Assembly: GCA_964422695.1 (NCBI GenBank)
Contig: CAYRBX010000001.1
Location: 1 to 30,265, forward strand
Origin: an uncultured Dehalococcoidia bacterium
GTDB lineage: Bacteria > Chloroflexota > Dehalococcoidia > SZUA-161 > CAYRBX01
Direction: 5' to 3'
Length of the DNA stretch: 30,265 bases
Shown here: in pieces, positions 26,225-30,265 of the stretch
Numbering within the stretch: the first letter of the stretch is position 1
How the letters are laid out: the number at the start of each line of letters is the position of its first letter
The notes under the pieces: generated by a model
The model's input: only the letters and a program-made list of their open reading frames with translations
Told to the model about the DNA's origin: nothing
Databases searched by the model: none
Made by a program: the position numbers and the translations under genes

Positions 26225-26459
26225 CCCCCGGAGCTCCTCTCAAAAGCCAGATATCCTCTTTCTCCCTATATCTCAGCTCAAACCTCTCCCCCGCGGCGGT
26301 GAGAACGCGAAAGCACCTCTCCCCCGGCTCGATCCACTCGCTCTCGACTTCCCTCACCTCGTGCCTCTTTCCCTCGCGGAGGAAGTAGAGAGGGCGCCTC
26401 GCGTAAATGTAGGAGGAGTAGCATCCGACTTTCACATGCTCCCAATCTCCTTCCGGCAT
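26205..26459 (-). CDS. Small hypothetical protein (DUF6504-like)
   Basis: VGCYSSY..ARRPLYF...V.EVESEW.EPG.RCFRV.TAAGERFELRY...DIWLL pattern; overlaps the next gene in operon fashion. Confidence 0.6.
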   Translation of the reverse strand: MPEGDWEHVKVGCYSSYIYARRPLYFLREGKRHEVREVESEWIEPGERCFRVLTAAGERFELRYREKEDIWLLRGAPGDGGDTA

Positions 26460-26514
26460 CCCCTTCGCCGCGCTCCCCGTCTTTCTTGTATTTTGAAACC
26501 CGGCGGCGGAAATC

Positions 26515-27969
26515 TCAAACCGGAGGCCTCCTCTTATGCCAATCTGTGACCTGCTCGAAGGCGAATCCTATTCGAAGGAGGAGCTCCTCTCCGAAGGGCT
26601 TCCCCATTATCTGAAGCCCGACGGGCAGGTTGCCCGCAAATCCGGCGGGAACGGAGAGGCCGGGAATTCCGGCGATGTTCACCGGTATGGTGCAGATATC
26701 GCTCATGTACATGGTCAGCGGATCGGCGATCCTCTCCCCGAGGCGGAAGGGGGGAGTGGGGGAGACGGGGGCGATGAGAGCATCAAACCTCTCGAAAGCC
26801 CTGTCGAACTCCCTTTTGATCAAAGTCCTCACCTTGAGGGCTTTGAGGTAGTAGGCATCGTAGTAGCCGGCCGAGAGGGCGTAAGTCCCCAGCATTATGC
26901 GCCGCTTCACCTCCGCTCCGAAGCCGTACTGCCGGGTTTTCTCCATCACCTCCCAGGAATTCCGCACATCCCGGAAGGAGAGGCCGTACTTCACGCCGTC
27001 GTACCTTGCGAGATTCGCCGAAGCCTCCGAGGGGGCGATGATGTAGTAAACCGCAAGAGCATATTCGAGAAGGGGGATGGAGATCTCCTCGATCTCCGCT
27101 CCAAGCTCCCGAAGCCTTTCGGCCGCCTCGCTCACCACGCGCCTCACGCCCTCCTCCACCCCCTCCCCCATGTACTCGCGGATGAGGCCCAATCGCAATC
27201 CCCTGAGGTCCGGAACGAGAGCTCGGGTGTAATCGGGAACGGGGTAGGGGGCGGAGGTGGAATCTCTGGGATCATGTCCCGCTATGACCTGAAGCACGAG
27301 AGCGCAATCCTCGACGTCTTTCGTCATGGGGCCTATCTGATCCAAAGAGCTTGCGAAGGCGACGAGCCCGAAGCGGCTCACAAGCCCATATGTGGGCTTT
27401 AGGCCGACGATATTGCAGAAGGAGGCGGGCTGCCTTATGCTCCCCCCCGTATCGGAGCCCAGAGCGTAAATCGCCTCCCCGCAGGCGACGGCCGCCGCCG
27501 ATCCCCCGCTCGATCCCCCCGGCACCCTCTCGAGATCCCAGGGATTTCGGGTGGGGAAGAAGGCGGAATTCTCGGTGGAGGATCCCATGGCGAACTCATC
27601 CATATTGGTCTTCCCCACCATCACGAGCCCCGCTTGCTTGAGCTTCTCGATCACCGTGGCATCGAACGGGGGAACGAAGTTCTCCAAGATCTTGGAGGAG
27701 CAGGTCGTCCTTATCCCCTTCGTGCAGATGTTGTCCTTTATGGCGGCCGGAATTCCGCAGAGAGGAGAGCTCTCCCCCTTCTCGATCCTCCGCTGCATCT
27801 CCCTCGCCTCCTCCAGAGCGAGCTCTCCGGTGACGGTGACGAAGGCCTTCACCTTCTCCTCGACCTCCTCGATGCGACGGAGGACCGCTTCGGTGATCTC
27901 CACCGCGGTTATCTCCTTGCGGCGGAGCATGCGGGAGAGCTCGTGAATGGGAAGATCGTAAAGCTTCAT
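26515..27969 (-). CDS. gatA: Asp/Glu-tRNA amidotransferase subunit A
   Basis: [55 protein letters not shown]; ATG 27969 with SD GGAGG. Confidence 0.98.
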   Translation of the reverse strand: MKLYDLPIHELSRMLRRKEITAVEITEAVLRRIEEVEEKVKAFVTVTGELALEEAREMQRRIEKGESSPLCGIPAAIKDNICTKGIRTTCSSKILENFVPPFDATVIEKLKQAGLVMVGKTNMDEFAMGSSTENSAFFPTRNPWDLERVPGGSSGGSAAAVACGEAIYALGSDTGGSIRQPASFCNIVGLKPTYGLVSRFGLVAFASSLDQIGPMTKDVEDCALVLQVIAGHDPRDSTSAPYPVPDYTRALVPDLRGLRLGLIREYMGEGVEEGVRRVVSEAAERLRELGAEIEEISIPLLEYALAVYYIIAPSEASANLARYDGVKYGLSFRDVRNSWEVMEKTRQYGFGAEVKRRIMLGTYALSAGYYDAYYLKALKVRTLIKREFDRAFERFDALIAPVSPTPPFRLGERIADPLTMYMSDICTIPVNIAGIPGLSVPAGFAGNLPVGLQIMGKPFGEELLLRIGFAFEQVTDWHKRRPPV

Positions 27970-27986
27970 CTCGCCTCCTCGCGTGC

Positions 27987-28277
27987 TCATCCCTCAAGTA
28001 TGGGGGGGACTTTTATGAACCCCTCCTCCACTTCGGGGGCGTTGCTCAGAACCTCTTCGGGGGGAAGGGATGGGGCGATCTCATCCTCCCTCATCACATT
28101 GGAGAGGGGGATCACGTGAGAGGTGGGGGGCACGCCCTCCGTGTTCACCTCCTGAAGCCGGGAGAAGTAGGCGAGAATGCTCGAGAGCTCCTTCCGGAAT
28201 CTCTCCACCTCCTCCTCCGAAAGGCCTATTCTCGCAAGAAGCGCGATGTGCTCGACCTCCTCTCTGCTCAGCTTCAT
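27987..28277 (-). CDS. gatC: Asp/Glu-tRNA amidotransferase subunit C
   Basis: [36 protein letters not shown]. Confidence 0.96.
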   Translation of the reverse strand: MKLSREEVEHIALLARIGLSEEEVERFRKELSSILAYFSRLQEVNTEGVPPTSHVIPLSNVMREDEIAPSLPPEEVLSNAPEVEEGFIKVPPILEG

Positions 28278-28301
28278 GCCCGACCTCCGGCTCGCCCAAG
28301 A

Positions 28302-28329
28302 AGTATAATGTAAGGAAAAGCCGGGTCAA
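28302..28329 (-). promoter_or_regulatory. Putative promoter of the gatCA...ndk operon; its -10 overlaps a plus-strand TATAAT
   Basis: Minus strand TTGACC (28329-28324), 16-nt spacer, TATACT (28307-28302); plus-strand TATAAT at 28304-28309 lies about 30 nt upstream of the amidohydrolase ATG. Confidence 0.6.
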
Positions 28330-28338
28330 GGGAGGAGG

Positions 28339-29187
28339 ATGGCGGAGTACAGAGCCGTTGATTGCCTCTTTCCTCTGCTCTTGAGGAGCTGGGTTGAGAG
28401 CTGGACTTCCAGCTCGAGCTCCCCGGGAGAGCTCAAATGCCAGGTGGAGGCTGCGTTCGCCGGGCCTTACGACACTCCGGAAGAGCTCCTCGCGGCCATG
28501 GATGAGGCGGGAATCGAAGCGGTGTTCGCCACCGATATCCTCGCTTGGTCTTACAGGAGGCAGACGAGGTTCGCCGCCGATATGACCGATCTCATCGCCG
28601 AGCTCTCCCGCAAGTACCCAAACAGAATTTATGGGCTTGCGGATTACAACCCCTTCCGAATAGGGGAGAGCTTGAGGAAGCTCGAGATCGATGTGAGGGA
28701 GAGGGGCTTTAAGGGAGTTTACGTGCATATTTACGGCTTCGATATCCCCTTGGATGACAGGAGGATGTATCCTCTCTACGCGAAATGCGAGGAGCTCGGC
28801 ATACCCGTGGCCATGCAGGTGGGGCATGTGCTCGAAGCCATGCCCAGCGAGCACGGAAGGCCTATTTACCTTGATCGCATCGCCGCCGATTTCCCCGATC
28901 TCATTCTGATCGGAACTCACACCGGATACCCTTGGGTGGATGAGCTCATCTCCTGCGCCATAAAATGGCCGAATGTTTACATCTGCATAAGCGCCTGGCT
29001 TCCCCGTTACTTCCACCCCTCTCTCGTCAACTTCATGAAGACGAGGCTCGGAGCCGAGAAGATCATCTTCGGCTCCAACGGCCTGCCCTGGAAGCGGTAT
29101 CTTGAGCAGCTCGACGAGATGGGATTGAGCGAGGAGGCCAAGAGGAAGATCCTCCGCGAGAACGCCAAGAAGATCTTCAAGATCTGA
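28339..29187 (+). CDS. Amidohydrolase_2-family TIM-barrel protein with non-canonical metal motifs
   Basis: LLAAMDEAGIE, YPNRIYGLA..NP, GFKGV, YPLYAKCEELGIPV, DRIAADFPDL, HTGYPW, NVYI, KIIFGSN, ILRENA. Confidence 0.85.
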   Translation: MAEYRAVDCLFPLLLRSWVESWTSSSSSPGELKCQVEAAFAGPYDTPEELLAAMDEAGIEAVFATDILAWSYRRQTRFAADMTDLIAELSRKYPNRIYGLADYNPFRIGESLRKLEIDVRERGFKGVYVHIYGFDIPLDDRRMYPLYAKCEELGIPVAMQVGHVLEAMPSEHGRPIYLDRIAADFPDLILIGTHTGYPWVDELISCAIKWPNVYICISAWLPRYFHPSLVNFMKTRLGAEKIIFGSNGLPWKRYLEQLDEMGLSEEAKRKILRENAKKIFKI

Positions 29188-29189
29188 GC

Positions 29190-30107
29190 TTGAAGCGGTA
29201 TATACTGAGGCGCCTGCTTCACTTCCTCCTCGTCCTCTTCTCCATCGCCGCTTTGACCTTCCTCCTCATGCATCTTGTTCCGGGAGGGCCTTGGGATCGC
29301 GAGAAGCCCCTTCCTCCCGATGTGAGGGAAGTGCTTGAGAGGAAATACGGCCTCGATCGGCCTCTCCTTGTCCAATTCGGCGATTTCCTGAGCAGTATTG
29401 CGCGAGGCGATCTCGGCTTCTCCTACGTATTCGAAGGGAGAAGCGTGGGGGAGATCCTGAGGGAGGGGCTTCCGGCGACCTTGACCTTAGGGGTGGGGGC
29501 TTTCATCTTAAGCCTCATCCTCGGCTTCCTCTTGGGGATCGCGGGGGCGCTGTTCCGAGGCCCTCCCGACCTCCTCTCCCTCCTCCTCTCCGCATTCCTC
29601 GCCTCAACGCCGAATTTGATTTTGGGAATCCTCCTGATCCTCGTCTTCGGGGTCTGGCTTGAAGCGCTTCCGATCTGCGGGTGGGGCACCCCTTACCATT
29701 CCATCCTTCCCATACTCGCTCTCGCCGCCTTTCCCGCGGGGCTTACGGCTCGCGTCGTGAGAGCGAGCCTCCTTGAAGCCATGAGCGAGAATTTTGTTCT
29801 TGCGGCCTTCGCTCGGGGAGTAAGCCCCGGAGAGGTCTTCCTGCATCACATACTGAGGCATGCTCTCGTTCCGGTTCTCACCGTCTTGGGGCCCGAATTC
29901 GCCTTCCTCATCTGCGGATCGTTCGTAATCGAAACCCTCTTCTCCATTCCGGGAGCGGGCAGGCTCTTCGTGGAGGGGGTGCTCCTGAGGGATTACGGCC
30001 TCATCATGGGGATGACGCTCTTTTACGCGATGGTCTTCTCCGCTTTGAACTTCATCGCCGATCTCTTATGCGCGGCTTTTGATCCGAGGATAAGGTATGA
30101 GAGCTGA
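29190..30107 (+). CDS. Peptide/nickel ABC transporter permease (OppB/DppB-like)
   Basis: RYILRRLL, YGLDRPL, GDLGFS, ARVVRASLLE, EAA-like FVLAAFARG, RHALVP, IETLFSIPGAG, RDY, FDPRIR; TTG start. Confidence 0.93.
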   Translation: MKRYILRRLLHFLLVLFSIAALTFLLMHLVPGGPWDREKPLPPDVREVLERKYGLDRPLLVQFGDFLSSIARGDLGFSYVFEGRSVGEILREGLPATLTLGVGAFILSLILGFLLGIAGALFRGPPDLLSLLLSAFLASTPNLILGILLILVFGVWLEALPICGWGTPYHSILPILALAAFPAGLTARVVRASLLEAMSENFVLAAFARGVSPGEVFLHHILRHALVPVLTVLGPEFAFLICGSFVIETLFSIPGAGRLFVEGVLLRDYGLIMGMTLFYAMVFSALNFIADLLCAAFDPRIRYES

Positions 30108-30265
30108 CCTTCGGAGGCGGAGCCGGAAGGCTTTGGCCGGCGGGGCGATGGCGGGCGTTCTCGTGCTTGCGGCCCTCCTCGCCCCTCTGCTCGCTCCTTA
30201 CGATCCTCTGGCTCAGGATCTCAAAGCCTCCCTCTCCCCTCCCTCCCCCGCTCATCCTCTGGGAA
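30097..30265 (+). CDS. Peptide/nickel ABC transporter permease (OppC/DppC-like), 5' fragment running off the window
   Basis: Not in the ORF track. ATG 30097 reads MRADLRRRSRKALAGGAMAGVLVLAALLAPLLAPYDPLAQDLKASLSPPSPAHPLG, the typical OppC/DppC N-terminus. Confidence 0.85.
   Translation, partial: MRADLRRRSRKALAGGAMAGVLVLAALLAPLLAPYDPLAQDLKASLSPPSPAHPLG

Overview
Bacterial chromosome segment, about 55-60% GC with lower-GC patches. Inferred origin is Chloroflexota, Dehalococcoidia-like and probably thermophilic, based on the rsmH-ftsA-ftsZ cluster without mur/fts genes, NrdJ with an N-terminal extension, an ech-type cluster containing nuoEFG-like genes, and E/K/R-rich proteins. Order: 3' half of 23S rRNA, tRNA-fMet and terminator; HAD, UbiD-fold protein, rsmH, ftsA, ftsZ, nrdJ, HAD and two membrane proteins; an accessory block of archaeal-type genes (COG0212/MTHFSD-like, FmdB Zn ribbon, coupled HhH-GPD / radical SAM / U32 trio, cupin); a minus-strand operon nuoE-nuoF-nuoG(short)-[EchD::GltD-like fusion]-echE-echF-FGase-like; rsfS; a minus-strand gatC-gatA-small ORF-PaaK-like-Lrp-aminotransferase-ndk operon; amidohydrolase; opp/dpp permeases. 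The best candidate for an undescribed system is the group 4 (Ech-type) [NiFe]-hydrogenase cluster. Its EchD subunit is fused to a 2x[4Fe-4S]/FAD GltD/NfnB-like module lacking the NAD(P)H-binding domain. It is co-encoded with a HydBC-like flavin module carrying an NADP(H)-type signature, and no small or membrane subunits lie in the locus. Three enzymes (UbiD-, PaaK- and amidohydrolase-family) have intact frames but substituted catalytic motifs. No CRISPR array, transposase, integrase or intein was seen. All family calls are by motif recognition from memory; no database search was run.
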